Assembly: GCA_009602735.1 (NCBI GenBank)
Contig: WELA01001776.1
Span: forward strand, 62,001 to 126,000
DNA from: Mesotaenium endlicherianum
Lineage: Eukaryota
Direction: 5' to 3'
Length of the DNA stretch: 64,000 bases
Part shown: one piece after another, positions 1-11,804 of the stretch
Layout of the letters: the number at the start of each line of letters is the position of its first letter
Numbering within the stretch: the stretch's first letter is position 1
Translations under genes and position numbers: made by a program
Notes under the pieces: model-generated
Databases searched by the model: none
Told to the model about the DNA's origin: nothing
The model's input: the letters and a program-made list of their open reading frames with translations, nothing else

Positions 1-3000
1 TGAGGTGGAACCGTTTCAACGCCCCTTTGGCATTGGTCAGTTGGTCTTTAAATTCCCAAGTGTCTCCAGAGGCATCGTAACCCTTCCATCTGACCAGGTG
101 CTTCATGACATATTTAGATGATCGACGGACAGAGCGAGCGTCTAAAATCTCCTCGACCTCATATTCCTCAGGGTCACCATCCCGGACAGCGGGGACCGGT
201 CCCGGTTGGACAGGTAACCGACTTGTGAACAATGTGTCACCTTTCATGTACGGTTCGAGGAAGGAGACATTACAGGCCGGGTGACCCTTGTATTCCGCTG
301 ACATGTTCTATTTGCAAGCATTTTGATCGACACGGCGCACCATCGAATATAGACCGACCCAGACAGGACCAAGCTTTTTCTTGACCACCCCAGGCAGGTA
401 CAGGTGTTGAGAATGCAGTTTGACCAAATCGCCCTTAGAAAATGTCAGTTCTCGACAGTGCAGATTAGCGTATTTTTGTTGGTTTTCCTGGGCTTTGTGC
501 AGGTTCTGTTGGACTTCTGACAAGGTGTCAGCAAACTCCTGAGTTAACTGGACGGAGACCAAATTGTCAATCCCTTCAAGGTGAGTTAAAGATTCCCCTA
601 GCACATCTAAAGGAGACTTAGGGACTCTACCCGAGCTCAATTCAAAAGGAGACTTGCCCGTTGACGCGTGCACCGCACTGTTGACCGCAAACTGCATTTG
701 AGGTAACAGGTCATCCCAATTGTCTTGCTTTTGGTTAATATATGCTCTCAGCACCTCTTGCAGAACTTGATTAGTTCTTTCAGTCTGCCCATCAGTCTGA
801 GGGTGGTTTGCTGCGCTGAGCAGCTGTTTAACTCCCGTTAACCCCATTAAAGCTCTCCAGAACTTAGAGGTAAATTTTGAGTCTTTGTTTGAGATAATAT
901 TTGAGTGTAGCCCATGTTGGCATACTACATGGTTGAAGAACTGTCTCGCTATTTCAAGTGCAGTTACTTTGACAGTTGTGGGGATGAAAATGACCATTTT
1001 TGTTAGTTTATCCAAGACTACCAGTATTGAATGCCCATTGGCAGTTCGTGGCAGTGTTACCACCCAGTCCCTGGATATTGTTTCCCAGCGTCCAGCTGGG
1101 ATGGGCAGCGATTGTTAGAGACCCCCCGATGGTGTGTCTCTAGACTTATTTCTTTGACACTGATCACAAGACTTAACATATTTAAAGACCTCCCGAGGTA
1201 ATCCCTCCCCAATGATAATGTTTTGCCAGTTTGCCAACAGTTTTGGCCTGCCCCAAATGCCCACACAGTAAACGGTCATGTGCTTAACTCAGTAAACGGG
1301 ACCTCATTTCCAAGTTATAAGGAATGACCAGCTTCAGCCTGCTTGAAGTGGTTTCAGTCACTTAGACCCCACCCTTGAGCTTATACCCGAGTGCGGTAGC
1401 ACGACACATACCAGTAGTGGGGCTGGGCTCAAATGTTGGGTCAGAAAGGTAGGCTTTCCTAAGTTGCTCAAGGAAGGACTTTTTCACCTTTAGTGAAGTG
1501 AGTGCACACAGGACTTTATCTACAGCATGCTGACTAAAGTTCCTTTCTTGCAAGTTTGGTCTTCTAGAGAGTGCATCAGCAGGATTCAACTTCCCTGGTT
1601 TGTAGTCAATCTGGACTTGAAGCTGCTCCAGCATCTCGCTCCAGCGGTTCTCCCNAATCTGGACTTGAAGCTGCTCCAGCATCTCGCTCCAGCGGTTCTC
1701 CCTCCTTGACAGCTTGGACTTCTTCTGAAAGTGAGTCAGAGCTAGATGATCTGTAATCACCTTAAAAGCTTTACCATGTAAGTATGCTCTCCATTGTTTG
1801 AGCACATGAATGATAGCTAGCATCTCTTTATCATGCNTCTCTTTATCATGCACAGAGTAATTAATCTCAGCTGGATTAAATTTCCTAGACTCGTACAACA
1901 CAGGATGCCACTCCTGTTTTACCTTACCATCCTTTGTGGTTTTGTCAGCAGGCTGCAACAAAATAGCACCCATGGCAAAGTCGGAAGCATCAATAATCAC
2001 CTGCACAGGTTTGTTAGGGTCATACACGGCTAGCACTGGGGCAGAACAAAGAGCATCTTTAAGAGTCTGGAAGGCAGCCTGCTGCTCTTTCCCCCACACA
2101 TACCCTATGTCTTTCTTAGTAAGGTCAGTCAGTTTACTGGCCTTTGTAGAATACTTCTCAATAAATCTCCTACAGTAGTTAGCCAGCCCAAGGAAGGATC
2201 TAACTTCGGAGACAGATTGTGGTACAGGCCAGTCCTATATGGTCTTGACTTTCTTATGATCTACACTGATGCCTTCTTTGCTGACAACGTGGCTTAGAAA
2301 TTCAATACTTTCTTTGAAAAAATCACAATTGCTCATTTTAGCATACAACTGGTTTCTTCTCTGAGTTTCTATGACTGTCTCTAAGTGTTCAGCATGTTGA
2401 GCTTCATCTTTAGAGAAAATTATCATCCAGGAAGACTTGCACAAATTTATCCAGGTAAGGTCTGAAAATGTCATTTATAGCACCCATGAAGGTTGCAAGA
2501 GCATTAGTCAGTCCAAATGGCATCACGTTGAACTCAAAGTGTCCATAATGTGTGCGGAAGGCAGCCTTGTGTTCATCCCCCTCAGCAATTCTCATTTGAT
2601 GATAACCACTCTCAAGATCTATCTTACTAAACAGTTTAGCACCAAACAGGGTATCAAGCAAGTCCTTGATTGTGGGTAAAGCATACTTGTTCTTTACTGT
2701 AATTCTGTTAAAAGCTCTGTAATCAACGCACATCCGCATACTCCCATCTTTTTTCTTAACAAAGAGGATGGGTGTGCCATAAGGTGATTTGCTGGGGGTG
2801 TAACCATATTCCTCAAGCTCCGCAATTTGTGTTTTCAACTCTTCGCTCTCCACATAAGACAAGCCATGAGTGCGTTGCTAGAGTGGCTGACTCCCAGGTC
2901 ATAAGTCAACTTTGTTATCCACTTCCCTCTTAGGAGGTAGTCCCGGAGGCATACAAAAAACATCAATAATTTTTGCAGCAGTAGGGTGCTCTGGAGGGCT

Positions 3001-3782
3001 TACCTTTTTTTCAACCACTTCTTCAGGTTGAGGAGGTACCTCTCTTAGCAGCAGACACAACATTCTATCTTCCTTCTGGTTCCAGCTTTGGATGAACTCC
3101 ATTGCGTTCAGCAGTTTGCATCCTCCTGGAAACCTCTCCTTTTCCTTCATCTGCCATCCACACAGGACAAGAGGAAGAGCACTGGTGGGTGCCAAGTCAG
3201 TCTGCCCATCACTGGCTCCTCTCACTTTAACTGTACCTCTGCTCCAACACACTTCAGCTTGATGTCTATTAAGCCAGGACCTGCCTAGCACGAGATTATA
3301 AAAACCAGCGTTGAGTACCTCAAATGTAAGCGTTTCAATTAGAACTGCAATGCCAGAACCTAACTGGACCTCAATAGGCTTGGTTATGATTCCTCCCGGG
3401 ATACTTAAGGCATCTCCAAGAAATATTTTTCTATTCCCTTGGGTGACAGTAGGCAGCCTTAGCCGCTTAACTAAGTCCTTATGGATGATGAAAGTATGTG
3501 ACGCCCCTCCGTCAACAAATGCACTCACCTTCCTACTTGCAATCATGCAATGCAGTAGGATAGGGGGGACTGTCTTTTCCTGACTTTCGCATTGTTCTCC
3601 TGACTTAGCAAATAAATGTTGGACATCAGGTGGAACAAGATCATCCAGAGTGTGCACTCTCTGGAGATCTATATTGCTGATGGTCTCCTTTATCTGATTG
3701 ACAGGCATGCATAGTGAACCCAGTTCACCAGGACCCATAATACCTGCTACGAGGGCAGCTAGTGACGACTCACTATTTCTAG
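1..3782 (-). pseudogene. pol: A1 pol (protease, RT, RNase H, integrase, chromodomain), disrupted
   Basis: ORF fragments 2899-3738 (FVDGGASH protease), 2410-2862 ([14 protein letters not shown]), 1362-2099 (RNase H, DASD) and 308-1063 (integrase, HPQTDGQTER). Several stops and frameshifts. Confidence 0.93.
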
Positions 3783-4525
3783 TGAAAGGGGCAAGGTGCC
3801 CTAGTGGAAGCGTAGTGATTCACGAGGAAAGGAACTAGTTGCAATCATACTAGAGAGTGCAGCGGCATATCACTAACAAAGTTTAGGAAAAATACTTAAC
3901 ACTTTGAGTAGCAAGAAAGTGCTCACAAATGATGATGGATAAAAGGCCTTGTCATTACAAACCCGTAGAAATTTACAGAAGTGAAAACTGATAAGAAACA
4001 AAGAAATTATGCCTATTTATAATTTTCTACCTAAGTGCTCCTCTCTAGGAGGAAGCTACGGATTTTCTAAGTGTTCGTCAAATCGTCCCTTCCAGAATAT
4101 TTGTGAGTAAGCTAGATCAGTCTATTCTGACGTGTTGGGCCGAATTGACGTCCACATACATGCATCGACATTACTAGAATATTCTATCTTAGACGCGCTA
4201 GGCTAAATCGAAACTTCTAGGTGAATCGACCTAGTCGGCACTCCGCGTCAGCCGAACTTACGTGAAGGTTCGAGTTCATTCTAACGGGCCAGATCGCTCG
4301 ACGCTGGCGGTCAATCCGACGGTCGCGCTCACCGCAAATTAAGGACAGTCGTCAACTAACCTCAAAACTAATTAAACTTCAGAAATCCGTAACTCTCTCA
4401 ATACTTGACCAAATTCGATGAACTTTATATCAAAATGACCACAAAAATGCACTCTACACTAATAAACAATCAACACATACTTCTATGAAACTCAAAAATG
4501 CACTTTATAACTTCATGACCTTACA
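3783..4525 (-). repeat. 3' LTR of element B
   Basis: Near-identical to 18014-18756. Starts TGAAAGGGG and ends TTACA on +. Adjacent to the PPT complement TCATCCCCCTCCTC. Confidence 0.95.
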
Positions 4526-5156
4526 TCATCCCCCTCCTCAGAATGCGTCGTCCTCGACGCATTCTGCAGATAACGTCTCAATATACTCTTACAATGAGTC
4601 AAGTTGGCCTCTGGCTCCCATGTGTTGTCGTCCGCAGGGTAGCCTTTCCACTTGACTCGATACTCTTGGACAAATCGTTGACCTCGCTTGACTCGTCGAT
4701 CGCCAATAATCGCCTCCACTTCATACTCCAATACATCATCGATCTCGACCGGTGGTGGCGGTGTAGGTTGTTGTCCTGGATGTCCGTCATTCGGGTCAAC
4801 GTATGGCCGCAGACAACTGACATGGAACACGTCATGGATACGCCAGCCTCAAGGAAGTTCCAACTTGTAGGCCATTGGATTCACCTGCTTGAGCACTACA
4901 AAGGGACCTGTAAACCGTGCCCGCAGTTTCCTCTTGCCTGTGAAAGGTAGGTTCTCTGTGGACAAGAGTACTTTGTCGCCCACATGGAATGTCACTTCCC
5001 TCCTGTGCTTGTTAGCATGCTTGACCTGCTCTTCCTGTGCCTTCCAAATACACGTCTTTGCCATATCCCACATCTTGGCCATCTGCTCCATAAAAGCTTG
5101 TGTAGTAGGAACCTGAGTCTCCTTGGCCTTCTCCAACAAGATGTTCCCTGGATGAT
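4513..5156 (-). pseudogene. Element B integrase C-terminus (GPF motif) and chromodomain
   Basis: ARFTGPFVV...FHVS...YEVEAII...YRVKWKGYPADDNTWEPEANL. Separated from the integrase core by the A2 insertion. Confidence 0.93.
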
Positions 5157-5876
5157 TGAAATGAATCGACTTACCCAATAGGCGATTAACAATTAATAAA
5201 GATCTTTATATCAGCAAGTAATCTTTATGGTATTTTTCGTTAACTAGTTAAACGGCAAAGGACAACACACTAGCAGTGAATCATACTCGTAAGTTAAATG
5301 CGAGTAAACTAGCATCAATAAAAGAATCAGTAAACTCATACATAAGCAAGGTTAGAAGACAGTGCGTATCAATGGCTTCTCGCCTTGGATTCAGATCTCT
5401 CTTAGTAAGCTGTACGAGAGAGTTGGCCTCGTTTCCAAATGCCGAACTCGAGAGCAATGCCTAGCGTATGTACATGGAATGACTTTATCGTTCAACGGTC
5501 AGTGCGATGGCACCGCCTACCCGGGAGTTAACCACGTTGGTAGGACTTCGATTAACCAAATCCACCGCCATCTCCCATCATCCCGAATCGCCATCCATCA
5601 TAAGCATCTCATCTGACCATTCATTTAGCATACCACACTTAGGTGCATATCGAGGCAGTTCGCTGCTACTGAGTACGGAAGTCAGTTGGCTGTCAAAGAA
5701 TGTGTCAGCAAGCTGACTTAAGCTGACTTCAGCCTGCTGCTTCCGGCTGAGTCATTAAACTGTTATTAAATATAAAGTCCAGCAGACTGATTATTAACTA
5801 GAGTTCAGCAGGCTGAACTTATTTAATTGTTATATTTAAATGAATATTATATCAACCAATATACTGATTCATTACA
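5157..5876 (-). repeat. 3' LTR of A2
   Basis: TGAAATGAATCGAC...GATTCATTACA on +. Matches the other family A LTRs. Confidence 0.95.
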
Positions 5877-5890
5877 ATCCCTCCAACTTA
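5877..5890 (-). promoter_or_regulatory. Polypurine tract of A2
   Basis: TAAGTTGGAGGGAT on the minus strand, immediately upstream of the 3' LTR. Same sequence at 36408-36421 in A3. Confidence 0.85.
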
Positions 5891-5995
5891 ACATGTTGTC
5901 GTCTCGACAACACTGACACAGGGGACATGGATTTCCCCAACTGAAATTACTGATCCCTCTCCCATACAGCGTGCTGTGCCCTTGGCCTTCTGCCT

Positions 5996-7660
5996 TTAAG
6001 AGGAAGATGCCCCTGGGGCCCTATGGTCAGGAGAGTCAGACCTTCTCCTGCCTTGGGGTCTTCTGAAGCCTGTCAGAGAGGGAGGCTCCTCGTAGGGACC
6101 CTGCGGAGAACGCAGTAACTGTGCGGTTTCCTCCTGCATGGTCTGAAACTAAATGGAAGCAGCCTTCTCCTGAGCAGCCCTCAAACTAACTGGTACATAT
6201 ACCAGCATTCCAGAAGGATGTTGCATGACATGAGCTAAGGGTACATGCCCTCTCTGCGAGGGAGATGCCGGCAGGCCTCTGGCTATTTCTCTAGCAGCCC
6301 TCCTGTCTGCCCTGTCTGACTGGGTCTCCGTGCCTGGAGATGGGCTCAGTCCTATGGCAGTTCCCAACCAAGTGATATCCTCCTCTTCAGCGAGCTGCTG
6401 CAGGGCCGACTCAGTCTTCTCCCTTACAGGAGATGTGGCTGGTGTCAAGATCACGGCGGGGCTAGTGTCCTCCTCCTCGCCTTCCTCCTCTTCTTCCTCT
6501 GATCCCTCCTCCTCTCCGTCCCCGGGTTCCTCTAAGACTGCTCGGGTCTCTTCTGTCAGCTCCTCCATCTCCTCTCGAGAAAATGAATATCCCACTGACC
6601 TTCCCCTTTTAGGTGCTGGTGGGGGCTGCTGAGTCCGGACCGCATACATGTCCTTTTCCCCCTGCTTGCTTGCCCATTTGGCATAAGCATGCTTCCCTTT
6701 AGAGAATGAATCTCGGGCCCTGCTCCTGTCCCCCAGCATTTCTTGGCTCATGCAGTCTCTTACTCCATCCAATCTTGGGTCCCAAGCCGCAATGTGAGGG
6801 GGCAATACTGTATTCCCCTTTAGGTCTGTTAGGAAATCCTCATCCGTCGCCTTGTCGTTCTGCATGTCCCTCGTGTTGATGGTCATTCACCGCCAATCGG
6901 TGTGCTTCTGGAAGAAGGCAGGGTCTGTCCTTTTCAGAGTACAAGGGTACCAGTGCCCTGCAAAGTCCAGCGGACTGGTTTCCCTGGCCAAGAATTCCCA
7001 GCTCCTTCTCTCCACCTCATTATACATGGCCTTGAACAAGTTATAGGGTGTAGAGTCCTTAAAGCTGTCCGCGTCCATGGGGATCATCCTGATGACCCTA
7101 TCTTTTCCCCAGATACCCGGAATCGATACAGCCCCTGCTTTGTTCGCCTGGGCCATTGCCTTGGCCTCTCTGACTGTATATCCTACCATCCTGGCATAAT
7201 CATCGTAGAGGAGGAGCCCTGTGCTGACCTCTATATACTTGTCAAAGTTTTCGGATGTCTCCCCTTCCTTCTGTAGGATGTCCTTCTGTGACTCGCTGCG
7301 ACTTCTCTGAGCATACTTGAAGGCCTCCTCCAGTAGATCGAAGCCCTTGCCCAGCACTGTGTAGCGGTAGCTGCTGATTCTCCTCTGCTCTTCTTCAGCC
7401 TGCTGCTTCCGCCTCTCCTCAGCTTGCCTCTCCTCCTCTGCTTTCTTGGCCTCCTCTGCAACTTTTCTGTCCAGTTCTTCCTGCCGCAGTCTGGCTTGTT
7501 CTTCCTCCTCCTTCTACTTCTGTGCCTCCCGCTGTTGTTGGAGTCGTTGTGATTCCCGAGCGGAGATGGAGGATGATTCGATGTCGCCACGGAATTGCAA
7601 GTATTCTGCATGTGCCTCTTCCGCTCTTCTCTTCCTCTTAAGTTCTGACTTTTAAGTCAT
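5996..7660 (-). pseudogene. Family A extra ORF of unknown function (~555 codons with in-frame stops)
   Basis: ORFs 6149-6886 and 6887-7357 are in the same frame as an ATG at 7660. Homologous to A3 38165-39406 (YNEVERRSWE.LARE, LPPHIA.WDPRL, GHVPLA.V.QHP.GM.VYV). Confidence 0.8.
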
Positions 7661-7969
7661 CCTGCTCACTCATCAACACAATGCCGTTAGTGAAGTCATG
7701 ATATATTGCCGCTACTGAATGCCCTTGATGAAGAGGACGCGATAGGACGAGTTCCTAGTGTGAAATACCTGATGTGAGTGAATATCAGGGTAAATTGAGT
7801 TTAGACAGAAAGTGAGTGTGAGCGCGGCTGAAGTCAAGACAGAACACCACTCCCTCCTTCTTAATTTTAAAGGTGGGCTGCCTGTCACAACTGTCACTAA
7901 CTGTCACATTCCCCTCCAACTTATATGGAGACATGACCTCCTTCTCCTGTCCCTGGCTACGAAAATGAC

Positions 7970-10900
7970 ACTGAGGGAGGTGCTCCAGCCGCCCGATGGT
8001 GGAACCGTTTCAACGCCCCTTTGGCATTGGTCAGCTGGTCTTTAAATTCCCGTGTCCCCAGAGGCATCGTAACCTTTCCATCGGATGAGGTACTTCATGA
8101 CATATTTAGACGATCGACGGACAGAGCGAGCGTCTAAAATCTCCTCGACCTCATATTCCTCAGCGTCACCCTCTCTGACAGCGGGGATCGGTCCTGGTTG
8201 GACGAGTAACCGACCGGTGAACAGTGTGTCGCCTTTGATGTACGGTTCCAGGAAAGAGACATTAAAGACTGGGTGACCCTTGTAGTCTGCTGACATATTC
8301 AATTTGTAAGCATTCACCGACACGGCGCACCACCGAATATGGACCGACCCAGACAGGACCAAGCTTTTTCTTGACAACACCAGGCAGGTACAGATGCTGA
8401 GAATGCAGTTTGACCAAATCACCCTTAGAAAATGTCAGCTCGCGACGGTGCTGATTAGCGTATTTTTGTTGATTTTCTTGGGCTTTGTGCAGGTTTTGTT
8501 GGACTTCTGACAGGGTGTCAGCAAACTCCTGAGTAAACTGGAGGGAGATCGGATTGTCAATCCCTTTAGGGTGAGTTAAAGACTTCCCTAGCACATCTAA
8601 AGAAGACTCAAGGACTCTACCCAGGCTGAGTTCAAAAGGAGTCTTGCCCGTTGACGCGTGCACCGCGCTGTTGACCGCAAATTGAATTTGAGGCAACGAG
8701 TCATCCCAATTATCTTGTTTTTGGTTAATATATGCTCTCAACACCTCCTGCAAAACTCGATTAGTTCTTTCAGTCTGCCCATCAGTCTGAGGGTGGTTAG
8801 CTGTGCTGAGCAACTGTTTGACTCCCATTAACCCCATTAAAGCTCTCCAGAACTTAGAGGTAAATTTTGAGTCTCTATCTGAGATGATACTAGAGGGGAG
8901 CCCATGTTGGCATACTACATGGTTGTAAAACTGCCTCGCTGTTTCGAGTGCAGTCACTTTGACAGTTGTGGGGATAAAAATGATCATTTTTGTCAGTTTA
9001 TCCACGACTACCAGTATTGAATCATGCCCATTGGCAGTTCTTGGTAGTGTGACCACCCAGTCCATGGATATAGTTTCCCAGCGTCCAGCTGAGATGGAAA
9101 GTGTTTGCAAGAGACCTCTCGGTGGTGTATGCCTAGACTTATTTCTTTGACACTGATCACAGGACTTCACGTATTTCAAGACCTCTCGGGGCAACCCCTC
9201 CCAATGATAATGTTTTGCCAGTTTGCCAACAGTTTTGGCCTGTCCCAAATGCCCACCCAGTAAACTGTCATGCGCTTGACTCAGTAAGAGAGACCTTATT
9301 TCCAAGTTATTAGGAATGACCAGCTTCAGCTTTCCTGAAGTGGTTTCAGTCACCCAGACCCCTGCTTTAAGTCGGTACCCGAGTGCAGTAGCACGACACA
9401 CACCAGTAGTGGGACTGGGCTCAAATGTTGGGTCAGAAAGGTAGGCTTTCCTAAGTTGTTAAAGGAAGGACATTTTCACCCTTAGTGAAGTGAGTGCACA
9501 CATGACTTTATTTACAGCATGCTGACTAAAGTTCCTTTCTTGCAAGTCAGGTCTTCTAGAGAGTGCATCAGTAGGATTCAACTTTCTCGGTTTGTAGTCG
9601 ATCTGGACTTGGAACTGCTCCAGCATCTGGCTCCAGCGGCTCTCCCTCCTCGACAGCTTGGACTTCTTCTGAAAGTGAGTCAGAGCTAGGTGATCTGTAA
9701 TCACCTTAAAAGCTTTACCATGTCAGTATGCTCTCCACTGTTTGAGCACTTGAATGATAACTAGCAGCTCTTTATCATGCACTGAGTAATTAATCTCTGC
9801 TGGATTAAATTTCATAGACTCGTATAACACAGGGTGCCACTCTTGCCGTACCTTACCATCCTTTGTGGTTTTGTTAGCAGGCTGCAACAAAATAGCACCC
9901 ATGGCAAAGTCAGAGGCATCAGTGACCACCTGCACCGATTTGCTGGGGTCATACACGGCTAGCACTGGGGCTAAACAAAGGGCATTTTTAAGGGTCTGGA
10001 AGGCAGCCTGCTGCTCTTCACCCCACACGTACCCTATGTCTTTCTTAGTAAGGTCAGTCAGTTTACTGGCCTTTGTGGAATAATTCTCAATAAATCTCCT
10101 ATAGTATTTAGCCAACCCGAAGAAGGATCTAACTTCAGAGACAGACTGTGGTACTGGCCAGTCCCTTATGGTCTGGACTTCTTAGGATCCACATGGATGC
10201 CTTCTTTACTGACAACGTGGCCTAAGAATTCAATACTTTCCTTAAAGAAATCACACTTGCTCATTTTAGCATATAAGTGATTTCTTCTCAGAGTGTCCAT
10301 GACTCTCTCTAAGTGTTCAGCGTGCTAAGCTTCATCTTTAGAGAAAATTAAAATATCATCCAGGAAAACTTGCACAAATTTATCCAAATAAGGCCTGAAA
10401 ATGTCATTCATAGCACTTATGAAGGTCGCAGGAACATTAGTCAGTCCAAATGGCATCACGTTGAACTCATGGTGTCCATAACGTGTGCGGAAGGCAATCT
10501 TGTATTTATCCCCCTCAGCAATTTTGATTTGATGATAACCACTCTTGAGATCTATCTTACTGAACACCTTAGCACCAGACAGGGTATCAAGCAAGTCTTC
10601 GATCCTGGGTAAAGCATACTTGTTCTTTACTGTAATTCTGTTCAGGGCTCTGTAATCCACACACATCCGCATACTGCTATCCTTACAAATAGGATGGGTG
10701 CGCCGTACTGGGGGAAATATAACCATTTTCCTCAAGCTCTGCAATTTGTGTTTTCAACTCCTCGCTCTCCACATAAGACAAGCCGTAAGTGCGTTGCCAT
10801 GGTGGCTGACTTTGAGGTAGTAAATCAATCCTATGATCTACTTCCCTCTTAGGTGGTAGTCCCGGAGGCATGATAAAAACATCCGTGTACTGAGCAACAA

Positions 10901-11804
10901 GTTTTGCAGCAGTAGGGTCCTTCGGAGGGCTTACCTCTTTCTCAACCACTTCTTCAGGTTGAGGAGGTACCTCTCTTAGCAGCAAACAGAACATTCTGTC
11001 TTCCTTCTGGTTCCAGCTTTTGACGAACTCCATTGCATTCAGCAACTTGCATCCTTCTGGAAGCCTCTTCTTTTCCTTCATTTGCCATCCACACAGGACA
11101 AGAGGAAGAGCACTGGTGGGTGCCAAGTCAGTCTGCCCATCACTGGCTCCTCTCACTTTAACTGTACCTCTGCTCCAACACACTTCAGCTTGATGTCTAT
11201 TAAGCCAGGACCTGCCTAGCACGAGATCATAAAAGCCAGTGTTGAGTACCTCAAATGTAAGCGTTTCAGTTAGAACTGCAATGCCAGAACCTAACTGGAC
11301 CTCAATAGGCTTGGTTATAACTCCTCCCGGGATACTTGAGGCATCTCCAAGGAATATTTTTCTATTCCCTTGGGTGACAGTAGGCAGCCTTAGCCGCTTA
11401 ACTAAGTCCTTGTGGATAAAAGTATGTGACGCCCCTCCGTCAACAAATGCCCTCACCTTCCTACCTGCAATCATGCAATGCAGTAGGATAGGGGGGACTG
11501 TCTTTTCCTGACTTTCGCATTGTTTTCCTGACTTAGCAAAGAAATGTTGGACATCAGGTGGAACAAGAGCATCCAGAGTGTGCACTCTCTGGACGTCTAT
11601 ATTACTGATGGTCTCCTTTATCTGGTTGTCAGGCATGCATAGTGAATCCAGTTCAGCAGGACCCATAACACCTGCTATGAGGGCAGCTAATGACGACTCA
11701 CTATCTCTAGCATCCTCACAGTCAGTAGCCTGGAATACTGACTGTTGCTGTCTTTTAAAGGCTGGTCTTTTCTCTCGACCTTCGGAAGGTGCTTGACAGG
11801 ACAC
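7970..11804 (-). pseudogene. pol: A2 pol (PR-RT-RH-IN-chromodomain), disrupted
   Basis: ORFs 10683-11804, 10325-10744, 9723-10115, 9459-9704, 8262-9401 (HHCC and DDE) and 8042-8422 (chromodomain). Confidence 0.94.

Noticed and set aside
1607..1702. Short perfect duplications flanking single N bases (also near 1837, 13769, 14406, 31536, 35558, 36072)
   Set aside because: The pattern is typical of contig-overlap or gap-closing artefacts. The frameshifts they cause are not biological evidence.
5276..5716. Small ORFs recurring in every family A LTR (MRINGFSPW.., MAPPTRELT..)
   Set aside because: They recur only because the LTRs are copies. They are short, antisense to the element, variably broken and have no recognisable domain.
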